DNA of 55,578 nt, taken from the IMG/VR virus record IMGVR_UViG_3300032069_000014, positions 1-55,578 of that record. One strand, 5' to 3'. The DNA is from a virus (taxonomy: Duplodnaviria > Caudoviricetes). Both the position numbers and the translations under genes were made by a program. Shown piece after piece: positions 1-9,335 of this stretch (its first letter is position 1; the number at the start of each line of letters is the position of its first letter). The notes beneath the pieces were generated by a model. That model did not search any database. It had not been told where the DNA came from and worked only from the letters and a program-made list of their open reading frames with translations.

Positions 1-42
1 TGGGGCAGCGACGGCGGCCTGATAGCAGGCGGCAAGCGACTG

Positions 43-285
43 ATGCTGATGCTGGTCCTGATCGGGTTGATGCTGCTGCCGGGATGCTCCGGCGTGTGGA
101 TGAACGCGGAATACTCCGCGCTGCTGAGCTCGACGGCGAGCCTGTCGGCGGAGACTGCGCACAGGGCACAGACCGGGCAACTCTCGCCGGATGAGATGAA
201 GAGTGCGCTCGTGGATCAGGCCAGCACCTGGGCGAAGTTCGTCGCGGCTCGGGACGGGTGCGCGAGCACGCAATCGGCCAAGTGA
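43..285 (+). CDS. Putative lipoprotein (possible o-spanin-like lysis accessory); may start upstream of the window
   Basis: Hydrophobic stretch ending in lipobox-like LPG|C; the frame is open back to position 1; lies next to a holin-like gene. Confidence 0.5.
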   Translation: MLMLVLIGLMLLPGCSGVWMNAEYSALLSSTASLSAETAHRAQTGQLSPDEMKSALVDQASTWAKFVAARDGCASTQSAK

Positions 286-320
286 GCGATCCTTGAGGCC
301 CTTATGGGAAGGTGCACACA

Positions 321-659
321 ATGAGTGACGCAACGATAACCCTCAACGGCCTGCTGGCCAAGACGCCGGACCTGTTCAAGCCGGTGGTGCAGAAGTACGG
401 GCCGAGCCTGGTCGCTATGACGGCCCAGGAGTTCTGCGACTGGCTGGACATGATGCTCGCGGGCGACGTCGACGCGGCCTGGCGGGCGTTGCTGGCGAAG
501 ATGCCCAACGCGGACCTCCTCCAAGCCTGGAAGGACAAAAACGCTGAGTGGGACGCCGCCAACGCCAAGAACGCCGCGCGCGTGGCGCTGCAAAAGGAAG
601 CGACACTGGCGGTGCTGAAGGTGCTGCTTGCCGGGGCGCTGGCATGGGTGGGTCTTTAG
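321..659 (+). CDS. Hypothetical protein with C-terminal hydrophobic anchor
   Basis: ATG at 321 after GGAAGG; C-terminal LAVLKVLLAGALAWVGL. Confidence 0.6.
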   Translation: MSDATITLNGLLAKTPDLFKPVVQKYGPSLVAMTAQEFCDWLDMMLAGDVDAAWRALLAKMPNADLLQAWKDKNAEWDAANAKNAARVALQKEATLAVLKVLLAGALAWVGL

Positions 660-699
660 CTCCCTGACAACCTGGAAACTCATAGGAAAGGCATGGATC

Positions 700-918
700 A
701 TGGATAACGCAAAAGTCATTCAATGGATCGCGACCGCCGCGGCCCGTGGAATCGCGTGGTTCCTGGCCGGCAAGCTTGGGCTGGAGGCCGTCCAATCCAA
801 CGAACTGGGTGCGGCCATAGCGCAGGCTCTTGCCGCGCTGGTCATTGCCGGCGTGAGCATCTACACCAGCGTTAAAGCCCGCAGCAAATTGCTAGCGACG
901 GAGCCGCCGAAGAAGTGA
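700..918 (+). CDS. Putative holin
   Basis: 72 aa, two hydrophobic helices and a basic C-terminus (KARSK...PPKK); RBS AGGAAAGG. Confidence 0.55.
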   Translation: MDNAKVIQWIATAAARGIAWFLAGKLGLEAVQSNELGAAIAQALAALVIAGVSIYTSVKARSKLLATEPPKK

Positions 919-922
919 ACGC

Positions 923-1126
923 ATGGCCGAGGAGCCGAACAACCAGGCCGAGGAGATCGACATTGGGCCTCTGACGCTGCCGGAACTCCACGGCCTGGCG
1001 CGCGACGCGACGCTGCAGCTGAGGCGGTTCTGGCAGGAGATTTTGGTCCGCGAGACGTGGGTCGACGGCGAGAGCGTCCTTGACCTACTGGACATGCTCG
1101 ACGCGGCGATTGCGAAGGAAACATGA
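923..1126 (+). CDS. Small acidic hypothetical protein
   Basis: Tightly packed ORF with an ATGA overlap into the next gene. Confidence 0.55.
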   Translation: MAEEPNNQAEEIDIGPLTLPELHGLARDATLQLRRFWQEILVRETWVDGESVLDLLDMLDAAIAKET

Positions 1127-1647
1127 AAATCGAAACCCTGAGAATCTGGCTTCCGCGAACCGGCGTGACGGCCTCCCAGGCCACCGGCGATGATGGCTAT
1201 TACAAAGCGGGCAATCCGCGTGTTACGCGGTTCGTTGCGATTGGGAATAACACCATCCGCGATCGCGCCACGGGCCTGCAGTGGATTCAGAACAACACGA
1301 CGCTCGGGTCGCCATTCAACGGCACAAGAACCTGGGCCAACGGCCTGGCGGACTGCGAGGCTCTCACGTATGGCGGATTTTCCGACTGGCGCATGCCCAA
1401 TCTGATGGAGATGCTGTCAATCTGTGATTGGTCCATAGCGACGGGCGTGCGCGTGCCCTCTCCGTTTGCGATCATCGGGAGCACGTACATCTATTACTGG
1501 ACCAGCACCCCCTACGGCAACGCTCCTACAAGCACGGCGATGATCGTCGGCGTCGGTGCAGCCTATGGGTACGTCGTGAGTACCGAAGCGATGACCGCAA
1601 CCAACAAATATACCCTACCCGTGCGCGGCGGGCGGATCAATGCATGA
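1123..1647 (+). CDS. DUF1566 (Lcl C-terminal, C-type lectin-like) domain protein
   Basis: Motifs D..TGLQW, TW..G...CE.L..GGFSDWRMPN..EM.SI, YWTST and C-terminal LPVRGG. Confidence 0.8.
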   Translation: MKIETLRIWLPRTGVTASQATGDDGYYKAGNPRVTRFVAIGNNTIRDRATGLQWIQNNTTLGSPFNGTRTWANGLADCEALTYGGFSDWRMPNLMEMLSICDWSIATGVRVPSPFAIIGSTYIYYWTSTPYGNAPTSTAMIVGVGAAYGYVVSTEAMTATNKYTLPVRGGRINA

Positions 1648-1659
1648 CAGGACCTGACA

Positions 1660-3363
1660 ATGGCAAATGAAATTCAACTGATACACGACGACGCGGCGGA
1701 GACCATCTACGCGATTGTCCGCGAGACGGCGTCGACGGGACGGTGGTACGACAACACAACCGACCACGCGCTGGAGACGTTCGACTCGGCCAATTGGGCG
1801 ACCTACGCGATAACGCTCGCCCAGGTCGATGTCAGCAGTCCGCCGACGACGGGCAACGCGGCGTACCAGGGCACGTTCCCGGCACTCGCTGCCGGGTTCT
1901 ACTGGCTGGACGTCTACGTCCGGGCCGGCGCTGCGGCGGCGCAGACGGACGTCCGAACGGCCAGCTACCTGTTTTACTGGAACGCGACGGCGCTTGTCCC
2001 GGCTGGCGGCGCGGCGGATGCGCAGCAGGTCAGTGGCAGCGCCACAGCGGCCGATCACATCGAGAGCGTGTTCCTCGGCACTGGGCACACCGACGACGTT
2101 GACATTTCGGTTCGGAAGTTTGATGTGACGAACGATGCGGGTCCGGCAGTGACCTTGAGCGGCACGACGTATGGAATGAGGATCATCGCATCCGCCGGCA
2201 ATGGGTTAAGCGCCCAGGGCAGCGGTGTTGGGCTGGTGGCTTTGGGGTCGGCAGGTGCGGGAGCGAGATTTGCGGCAAATGCTGACGGCGTCGATGGGCT
2301 GCAACTGCTTGGTGTCGCTTCTGGAAGTGGTTTGCGCTGCTTCAACACCGCTGGCGGCGGGGATGCTACCGGACACGGGATATACGCCACGGGCGGTGCT
2401 ACAAGCGGAGACGGCATTCGCGCGACGGCTGCCAATGGCAACGGAATGATAGTAGTGGGAGCGGGCGTCGGGTACGACCTGAACGCCGACATTCACGGCA
2501 CGCTGGACACGGCGGAATCTTCCGTGGCCGCCGCGCTGGCCGCGTACCCGGTCCCCCTGGCGACTGACGTGCAGGACTCCGCCGCTGCCGCGCTGGAGGC
2601 GTACAACTCTACCGGCGTCGCCAAGGAGGACAGCGTCGGGGCAATCGCAACAATCCTGGCCGGCATTTCGTCTCTGGCGCACTGGCTGCGGGGGCTATAC
2701 AACAAGCGCGCCATGGACTCCACGGCGCTGACGGAAATCCGAGACAGCACAGGCACATTCGACCCGACAACCGATAGCAATGAGGCCATCGCGGATAAGA
2801 CCAGCGGATTGACCGCTCAGCAGACCCGCGACGCCCTGAAGCTCGCCCCGTCCACGGGCGATCCTGCGGCGGGCAGCATCGACGCGGAACTGGACACGCT
2901 CGATACCGTTGTCGACGCGATCAAATCGAAGAGCGACTTAATCGGTTCAGCGAGCATAACTGTTATTAGCCCAGTAGCTCAGTCGGGTAAGGTCGAGATT
3001 TATAGCGGCAACGACTATCTCCTCTCTGAAAGTAGAGCACTACCGTGGGTTGTCACTGGAGCCGAAGTAGCTTTCCTTGACGGAGCAACAGTGACTTTAC
3101 GTATTCTGCGGGCTCCTCTATTCCATCGTGGTCATACATTCGAAGATCTCGAAGCTGATGCTGAGTTCGAGGGTGACGTAGTAGTCGCAGACGAAAAAGC
3201 TACGATAACCGTTGAATTACTAGCAGCGGATACTAGCGCGCTAGATGCCTCCAGTTCTGGCTACGTCTACCAGCTCGTTGCAGAAACAACTGATAAAACG
3301 ACTCATACAATAGCGGCGGGTGTGTTTACGGTCGTGAAGACTATCCAGGAGCCGGGTGCCTGA
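1660..3363 (+). CDS. Virion structural / tail fibre-like protein
   Basis: 567 aa, Gly/Ala-rich beta-repeat middle (GxGxxA) and a BppU-like C-terminal beta domain. Confidence 0.55.
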   Translation: MANEIQLIHDDAAETIYAIVRETASTGRWYDNTTDHALETFDSANWATYAITLAQVDVSSPPTTGNAAYQGTFPALAAGFYWLDVYVRAGAAAAQTDVRTASYLFYWNATALVPAGGAADAQQVSGSATAADHIESVFLGTGHTDDVDISVRKFDVTNDAGPAVTLSGTTYGMRIIASAGNGLSAQGSGVGLVALGSAGAGARFAANADGVDGLQLLGVASGSGLRCFNTAGGGDATGHGIYATGGATSGDGIRATAANGNGMIVVGAGVGYDLNADIHGTLDTAESSVAAALAAYPVPLATDVQDSAAAALEAYNSTGVAKEDSVGAIATILAGISSLAHWLRGLYNKRAMDSTALTEIRDSTGTFDPTTDSNEAIADKTSGLTAQQTRDALKLAPSTGDPAAGSIDAELDTLDTVVDAIKSKSDLIGSASITVISPVAQSGKVEIYSGNDYLLSESRALPWVVTGAEVAFLDGATVTLRILRAPLFHRGHTFEDLEADAEFEGDVVVADEKATITVELLAADTSALDASSSGYVYQLVAETTDKTTHTIAAGVFTVVKTIQEPGA

Positions 3364-4691
3364 TGAGTAATACGATTACATATGAATGCCTACCGAAACA
3401 GCAGGTATTCTTTCAGAACTGCGATGAAGTACCTTTTTCTGCTTACATCGGCGGCTTCGGGAGCGGTAAAACACACGGCCTCGTTCTCCAATCGCTTCGT
3501 GCGTGTACACGATCGGCTCCTTCGTTCGGATTGATCGGAGCTCCTACGTATCGCATGCTTAGTGACACAACTCAACGAAAGTTCTTCGAGCTCTGTCCGC
3601 CTGCGTGGATAGAGCATTTCATCAAGTCAGAGAATCGTGTTGTGCTCAAGAATAAGACGGAGATCATCTTTCGTTCACTCGAAAGCCCCGAAAGACTGAC
3701 GAATCTCGAATTAAGTTGGTTCGCAATCGACGAGATAGGTGAAGTTATTCTCGATACATTCCGAATGCTTCAGGGCCGCCTGCGAGATCCGCGGGGTTGC
3801 CTAAAGGGATTCTGTGTAGGCAACCCTGCAGGTCCCGCACACTGGACCTGCATGTACTTTCTCCTTAAGAAAGAACCATCGTATCGTCTCGTGCAGGCGT
3901 CCTCCTACGAGAATACATTTCTTCCACAGCAGTATTTTGATGAGATGGAAACAAGCTTTGGGAAAGACTCTGTTTACTATAAGCGCTTTGTTCTTGGCCT
4001 CTTCGTAGCGCCCGAAGGAGCTATATGGCCGAACTTCTCCCCTCGGCCTTATCCGGGCGGCCACATCGTTAGCGACGAGCAAGTTCGGGCACTACGCCCT
4101 GTCCGCTTTGGTCGAGTAATAGACTTTGGTATCGAACACCCCTTTGTCTGTATGTGGTGGGCTATTTCAGCGTCAGGACGCGAGATAGTTTTCCTGGATG
4201 AATATGCGGAGTCACATAAGACGATTCGCTATCATTGTCTCCGCATTAAAGAGAAGGAGAAAGAGATCCGGGAACGCTTCGGTCCCTTTGATATAGATCT
4301 CTCTGTTACCGATCATGATGCTGTTGCGCGCACGGAAATTGTTAATTGCACGGACGAGAATGGAGACTATATCGGTTTTGACGTAACACCCGCTGACAAA
4401 GCGGTGCTCGAAGGGATTCTTTTGGTCTCATCGCTCTTCGAGCAAAAGCGTTGTCTTCTCTCAGGTCGATGTGAGTTAGCTCTTCGTCAGGTAGTCTCCT
4501 ATCACACGAAATCAAAAGATAATGTTGCTACTCCTATTGCAGCCAAGGAACAGCCGGTCAAAAGAGACGACGACACCTGTGATTGTATTCGTATGGCGTG
4601 TAAGATGGTGATGCCAGAGACGTTAGGCTTTTTGAGGAGCTCCGGCCGTTATCTTAGCGCGAGCGACATTTACGACGGAAAAATCGAATGA
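3363..4691 (+). CDS. terL: Terminase large subunit
   Basis: Walker A GGFGSGKT, Walker B FAIDE, coupling motif GNP, nuclease IDFG...HPF and DDTCDCIR. Confidence 0.95.
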   Translation: MSNTITYECLPKQQVFFQNCDEVPFSAYIGGFGSGKTHGLVLQSLRACTRSAPSFGLIGAPTYRMLSDTTQRKFFELCPPAWIEHFIKSENRVVLKNKTEIIFRSLESPERLTNLELSWFAIDEIGEVILDTFRMLQGRLRDPRGCLKGFCVGNPAGPAHWTCMYFLLKKEPSYRLVQASSYENTFLPQQYFDEMETSFGKDSVYYKRFVLGLFVAPEGAIWPNFSPRPYPGGHIVSDEQVRALRPVRFGRVIDFGIEHPFVCMWWAISASGREIVFLDEYAESHKTIRYHCLRIKEKEKEIRERFGPFDIDLSVTDHDAVARTEIVNCTDENGDYIGFDVTPADKAVLEGILLVSSLFEQKRCLLSGRCELALRQVVSYHTKSKDNVATPIAAKEQPVKRDDDTCDCIRMACKMVMPETLGFLRSSGRYLSASDIYDGKIE

Positions 4692-6103
4692 GTGGCGAAC
4701 AAGAACTTCTCTTAAATAACTACGCGGAAATCCGTGAACGCTATCGCAGTCTTACTCAAGCAGCGCCGGCGTCGCAGATCCTAACAGATCCGCACGGACT
4801 TTATCGCGTCTCGCCGAATTATCTGTCGCAGCAGTTCGCAGGTTTTGATAAGCTCTTCCTCACGCTTGTCGAAGGTATTGTTGAAGATCCTGATTTCGCG
4901 CTTCGTAAAGATTCACGCATCTACGAGCGGATGATGCGGGATCCCCAGATCTACTACTGTCTCGCTGTGCGACGTGCAGCGACAGCGGGACTCTCCTGGA
5001 GTATTACGCCTCCGGATTCCGCGGAGAAAGATCCGCAAGCACAGGAGATAGCGTCAGCGGCGGAGAGACGTATCCGACGCATCCCCCAGTTCAACGAGTT
5101 CCTCGATAATATCCTTGATGCGTTCCTCTCTGGTTTGAGTGTCAACGAATTGTGTTGGCAACTCGTCGAGAAAGAATACGTCATCACTGAGCACTACCCG
5201 AGAAACAAAGATCGTTTTGTCTTCGATAAAGACGGCAATCCTCGGCTCCGTACACGAACGTCCCCTACGACCGGCGTCCCCGTGCCTCCATATAAGTTCA
5301 TCGTACACCGATTCAACATCTCGGATGGTTCATGGGCTCGCCCTGATGAAGCAGGCTACATCTACTTCGGTCGCGGTTTAGCTGATACTCCATTGTATCA
5401 CTACTTCTACTTCAAAGTGCAAATCCTCCGCTTTATGATGCGCGCGCTTGAGCGATATGGTACTCCACAGAAGATCTTCTACACCTCGTCACAAAGCAAG
5501 GCGCTTACTGATAGAGTACACGAAATTCTCTCCTCGCTCGAGAATGACGCAAGCGTAGTAATCCCAGGCAAGAAGGGCGAAGTAAACGTTGATGTCGCGA
5601 AAGCGATGATCTCTGCGCAGATGTTCTCCTCCTCGATAGAATACATCGACCGCTTAATCACGCGATCTATCCTGGGCCAAGAATTGATGACGGAGATGCC
5701 CGAAACCGGCTCGTATGCTGCGGCGCAGGTACATGCGTCGGTGTTCGATCGCATCACTGAGTCAGACCGCCTCTTAGTCCAGGACACGCTCAATCGCTCA
5801 CTGATGTTGTTCGATACGCAACTAAACACACCGAAGCTCCCCGAGGCGCTCCGGCCAAGATTCGAGTTCAAGCGTGCACCCCGCGTAGACATTCCCCTCT
5901 TCTTGGAGTCAGTTGCGGCGGCATCTCGTCTTGGCGTTGAAGTCAGCGAAGTTCAGTTCCGCGAGCTCACCGGTCTACGCGAGCCGCGTGAAGGCGAAGG
6001 TGTGATCGGTGGCATGGAACAACAGATGATGCAACAGCAACAGCAGCAACCAGAAGCCCCACCCACCTCAAAGCAAAGAGGAGAAGCGAAGCGTGGCGAA
6101 TAG
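4688..6103 (+). CDS. Portal protein, DUF935 / Mu gp29 family
   Basis: Follows TerL; motifs GLSVNELCW, ERYGTP, ILGQELMT..GSYAAAQVH. Confidence 0.9.
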   Translation: MSGEQELLLNNYAEIRERYRSLTQAAPASQILTDPHGLYRVSPNYLSQQFAGFDKLFLTLVEGIVEDPDFALRKDSRIYERMMRDPQIYYCLAVRRAATAGLSWSITPPDSAEKDPQAQEIASAAERRIRRIPQFNEFLDNILDAFLSGLSVNELCWQLVEKEYVITEHYPRNKDRFVFDKDGNPRLRTRTSPTTGVPVPPYKFIVHRFNISDGSWARPDEAGYIYFGRGLADTPLYHYFYFKVQILRFMMRALERYGTPQKIFYTSSQSKALTDRVHEILSSLENDASVVIPGKKGEVNVDVAKAMISAQMFSSSIEYIDRLITRSILGQELMTEMPETGSYAAAQVHASVFDRITESDRLLVQDTLNRSLMLFDTQLNTPKLPEALRPRFEFKRAPRVDIPLFLESVAAASRLGVEVSEVQFRELTGLREPREGEGVIGGMEQQMMQQQQQQPEAPPTSKQRGEAKRGE

Positions 6104-9100
6104 ACGAAAGCATCCTCATGTGTTTGCTGTATGCCCGCGATGCAATCACAAATGGTCTGCCCCTGGCGGAATACGTGTCGGAGCTGTTATTTGTCCGTTA
6201 TGTGGAAGTGTACTAGAACGTATACCTTCACCGAACAAAGGCGAAAAGGGAACGTTTTATGCTCGTGTGTATCCACGAGAGCATCCCGAAGAGGCGATTC
6301 GAGAGGTGAAGAGACTACAGAAGCTGATCGGCTTACCTCATCAGCGCGGAATGAAAGATATGAAGGTAGCTGATATAAAAATGACAAGTGGCGGCGGGGC
6401 AAGACGCATAGGACAAGCGGGTCCTTCTGGCGAGCCAATAGATCTGGTTTCTCCGCGCTGGTTTCGGGCATATAAGAAAGCAAGAAATATAGGACAGCGG
6501 CCAAAAACATTGCGTGAGGTAACCGCACATGAAGTTGCGCATCAATTGGTTCATACGTCATCGCGTTTACCCAGAGATCTAGGGCATGCTACGCCTTTTA
6601 CTTCGGTGCGTCGTTATGTTACGCGCGTCGCGAAGAATGCGGGTATCAATAAGAAATTAGCTAAGCTCGGATATGCTCGTACGCCCTTAGCTCCTGTGTG
6701 GACTAATCCGTTACCTAAGATAGCGCGGGAGATGAGCAAGGTGACAGTTCGGCCGGCTATACCACTCATGAAACGGATCAAACAATTACCGCGCAAGCTA
6801 CAAAGAAGTTGGCGCCGTTTTTGGTTTATTACACCTGATGAGCGATATGCATTGGAGCGACGATCGCAGTATGATCCTGAGAATGTTCGTACTCTTGAGA
6901 AAGAGATGCGTCAGCATAATGTACCTTCTAAAACGAGACTGCAATGGCATTCACGGGTCTTTGGCGGCTCGGGAGGCTTGAAAAGTGAAGATATATACAA
7001 AATCTCACGTAAGAAAGAGGCGAAGAAAGGTGTGTACATCTTTCCATATGTCAAGACTGCGCCGCCGGAGGTCAATCGGATCCTAGAGGAGACATACCGC
7101 CGTCATCGTAAAGATCTTTCCTCGCGTGTTAACGCAGGTGATCTAACTGAACGCGAAGCTAAACAGCGGGCAGCTATTGCATCTTGGGCTGCAGTAAAAC
7201 GAGCCGGATACAGAAAGGTAAAGAAACCTATGGATGTCTGGGAAAAACAACAGCAGTACTTTCTCTCGGAGCAGGCTCAATCGCAAGCTCTCTGGAAGCA
7301 GGCGCGGCAGCGGTGGCTTAAACACGGGCGTATGCCGAAAGCTCTAATGGTGCCAATAGGTGGTGGACGCTTCGTGCGTATGAGAACAGTTTTTCCCGCG
7401 AGCGAACCTGCTGCGCGCGCCTCGAGTCTTTCCGTACGTCATAAACTACTGAATAACCCGCAAGTCCAGACCGAGATGGCTGATATGATCGCCGGCGAAA
7501 TTCATAAAGCGACCCATGAGCCTACGCCCGCGCGACGTATGATTCGTTTTAAGAAAAAGCCCACAGGCCATTTAACAAGTGCGCTCCTTGTTGGTGGTGG
7601 CGCTACTGTTGGCGGCGCTCATCTCGCTCACAAGCGTCGCCGCGAGCAAGAGCAAAAGCAGTACGCTCGTTTCGCTAACGTGCGTGAGGGATTTCCGATT
7701 ATACTTTCGGAGTTGGGGTTTTCTAAATATCCGCGAGCGGCAGCTTTAGCAAAAAAAGCAATGACAGCTGGAATGTTAGCATCAAACGAGGTGCGCGTTC
7801 GAACTCCGCGCGCCGGATCTATTAGGCGCCTTTTTGGTAAATGGGCGAATCAGGGTACGCCAGCGCTTTCATTGACTCCTCGTTTTAATGCTTCAGTCAA
7901 GGTATCGCCGCGTTATACGACGGATCAGCAAATGCAGCGTCTAACGAAAAGAGTATCAGGAGGTGAAGTTGAACATGAACGAAGATTACTTCAAGTAGGA
8001 AAGGGACTGATGAATCCCCAAACAAGGCGAGAGTTCGAAAAAGTTGCCCGTAGTTGGTACTCACCAGATGAACTTGCGAAGATGTCACATCAAGGAGAAT
8101 CCGCCGTACAATACAGTGTAAAGGGATTCACTTCGTGGCTGGGAAAACATCCGAACCTTCTCCTCTCGGCGGCGGCTGGATCAGTTACAGCTGCACACCT
8201 TCGCCGAATGTGGAGAGAACATCAGGAGAAGAGGATGAGAGAAAGATATAGCCTCCGTACAATAGGACATCAAGCGCTCGAGGGAATCAGAGGCGGGTTC
8301 CGCGATAGTCTCCCTCCTCCACCCACTAGGCCCCTAGCAGAACGCATGGGTAGAGCAATAGGAGCTGCACCGAATGAGATGCTCGTGGGCGTAAAGAACA
8401 CTGTAGCAAAAATCCCTGGAGGAATAGCAAAAGGTGCTTTTCTGATGGGGCTGGGGTTAGCCCTTGCAAAGCTCCTCGAGAGCGGCTCGAAGTACTGGCC
8501 TGGAGCTCCTGTTGTACGTGCTGATGTAGAAGGTCTAGAACCTTACTATCTGCGCTTAGCGCGTTACTACGCGCGACGTCTCTGCGCTGAGGGTTCCGAG
8601 CAGGAGCTCCACTATGCTGCTATAGCTACGACCGGCTTCGCCGTGAAAGCCCGCAATGCTTTTCTGCGTCATGCAGTGTCGTTCCTCGCAGGAATGATTA
8701 CTGCTGAGCTCCTCGGTCGCGGGATCGGGCGAAAGAAAGAGACGCATCAGCTGGAGCATATTCGTCAACCGCGTGAGTATTCAGCACACTATGTAATGCG
8801 TGCACGGACAGTTCCGCGTCATGGAATGCATCTGATCCCACCAGCGCAGATCGCCGAAGGAGAAGCTCGGAGTATCCTCCGCGGTAACAAACGCCAAGCA
8901 CGGTCAGCAAAGCTTCGTAAAGCTGCGAAACTTGGCGTCCCTGTAGTTCTCTTGAGTGGAGGTGTTGGTTATCTCGGGTTACGAAAGAAACGAGATGGCG
9001 AATCAGCGAAGCAATATCAGGTAGCTAGCTGGTTCGGTAAAACACTCAGTAAAGCTGGAAAGTGGCTCGGGATAGGAGCTACAGGAGCAGCTAAGTCGCC

Positions 9101-9335
9101 CTGGGGAGCGGGTGTGATCCCGAAGGGTATGCGCGGCGCGAAACGAACAGCTTATGTCGAACGCATGTTCGGTGTTCCTAGACCTTCGACCACCCCGTGG
9201 ACGCAGCGCGCTATGAAAACAATGAAAGAGAATCCCATGATACCGGCGTTCGGTATAATGACTGCTGCGCCTCTATTGATTCCGCCGCCAGAGCAGCGGG
9301 TTAGGCATATCTATGATGATGATGAGGAGAGATAA
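6093..9335 (+). CDS. Giant basic modular protein (putative internal head polyprotein) with Zn ribbon, HExxH and ChaB-like modules
   Basis: 1080-aa ORF between portal and protease; CPRC/CPLC, HEVAH...GH, AAIASWAAVKRAGY; repeated Gly/Ala hydrophobic segments followed by K/R clusters. Confidence 0.7.
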   Translation: MANRRKHPHVFAVCPRCNHKWSAPGGIRVGAVICPLCGSVLERIPSPNKGEKGTFYARVYPREHPEEAIREVKRLQKLIGLPHQRGMKDMKVADIKMTSGGGARRIGQAGPSGEPIDLVSPRWFRAYKKARNIGQRPKTLREVTAHEVAHQLVHTSSRLPRDLGHATPFTSVRRYVTRVAKNAGINKKLAKLGYARTPLAPVWTNPLPKIAREMSKVTVRPAIPLMKRIKQLPRKLQRSWRRFWFITPDERYALERRSQYDPENVRTLEKEMRQHNVPSKTRLQWHSRVFGGSGGLKSEDIYKISRKKEAKKGVYIFPYVKTAPPEVNRILEETYRRHRKDLSSRVNAGDLTEREAKQRAAIASWAAVKRAGYRKVKKPMDVWEKQQQYFLSEQAQSQALWKQARQRWLKHGRMPKALMVPIGGGRFVRMRTVFPASEPAARASSLSVRHKLLNNPQVQTEMADMIAGEIHKATHEPTPARRMIRFKKKPTGHLTSALLVGGGATVGGAHLAHKRRREQEQKQYARFANVREGFPIILSELGFSKYPRAAALAKKAMTAGMLASNEVRVRTPRAGSIRRLFGKWANQGTPALSLTPRFNASVKVSPRYTTDQQMQRLTKRVSGGEVEHERRLLQVGKGLMNPQTRREFEKVARSWYSPDELAKMSHQGESAVQYSVKGFTSWLGKHPNLLLSAAAGSVTAAHLRRMWREHQEKRMRERYSLRTIGHQALEGIRGGFRDSLPPPPTRPLAERMGRAIGAAPNEMLVGVKNTVAKIPGGIAKGAFLMGLGLALAKLLESGSKYWPGAPVVRADVEGLEPYYLRLARYYARRLCAEGSEQELHYAAIATTGFAVKARNAFLRHAVSFLAGMITAELLGRGIGRKKETHQLEHIRQPREYSAHYVMRARTVPRHGMHLIPPAQIAEGEARSILRGNKRQARSAKLRKAAKLGVPVVLLSGGVGYLGLRKKRDGESAKQYQVASWFGKTLSKAGKWLGIGATGAAKSPWGAGVIPKGMRGAKRTAYVERMFGVPRPSTTPWTQRAMKTMKENPMIPAFGIMTAAPLLIPPPEQRVRHIYDDDEER

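Noticed and set aside
1123-1647. DUF1566 gene as the target of a diversity-generating retroelement
   Set aside because: No reverse transcriptase and no second (template) copy of its 3' end was seen in the window
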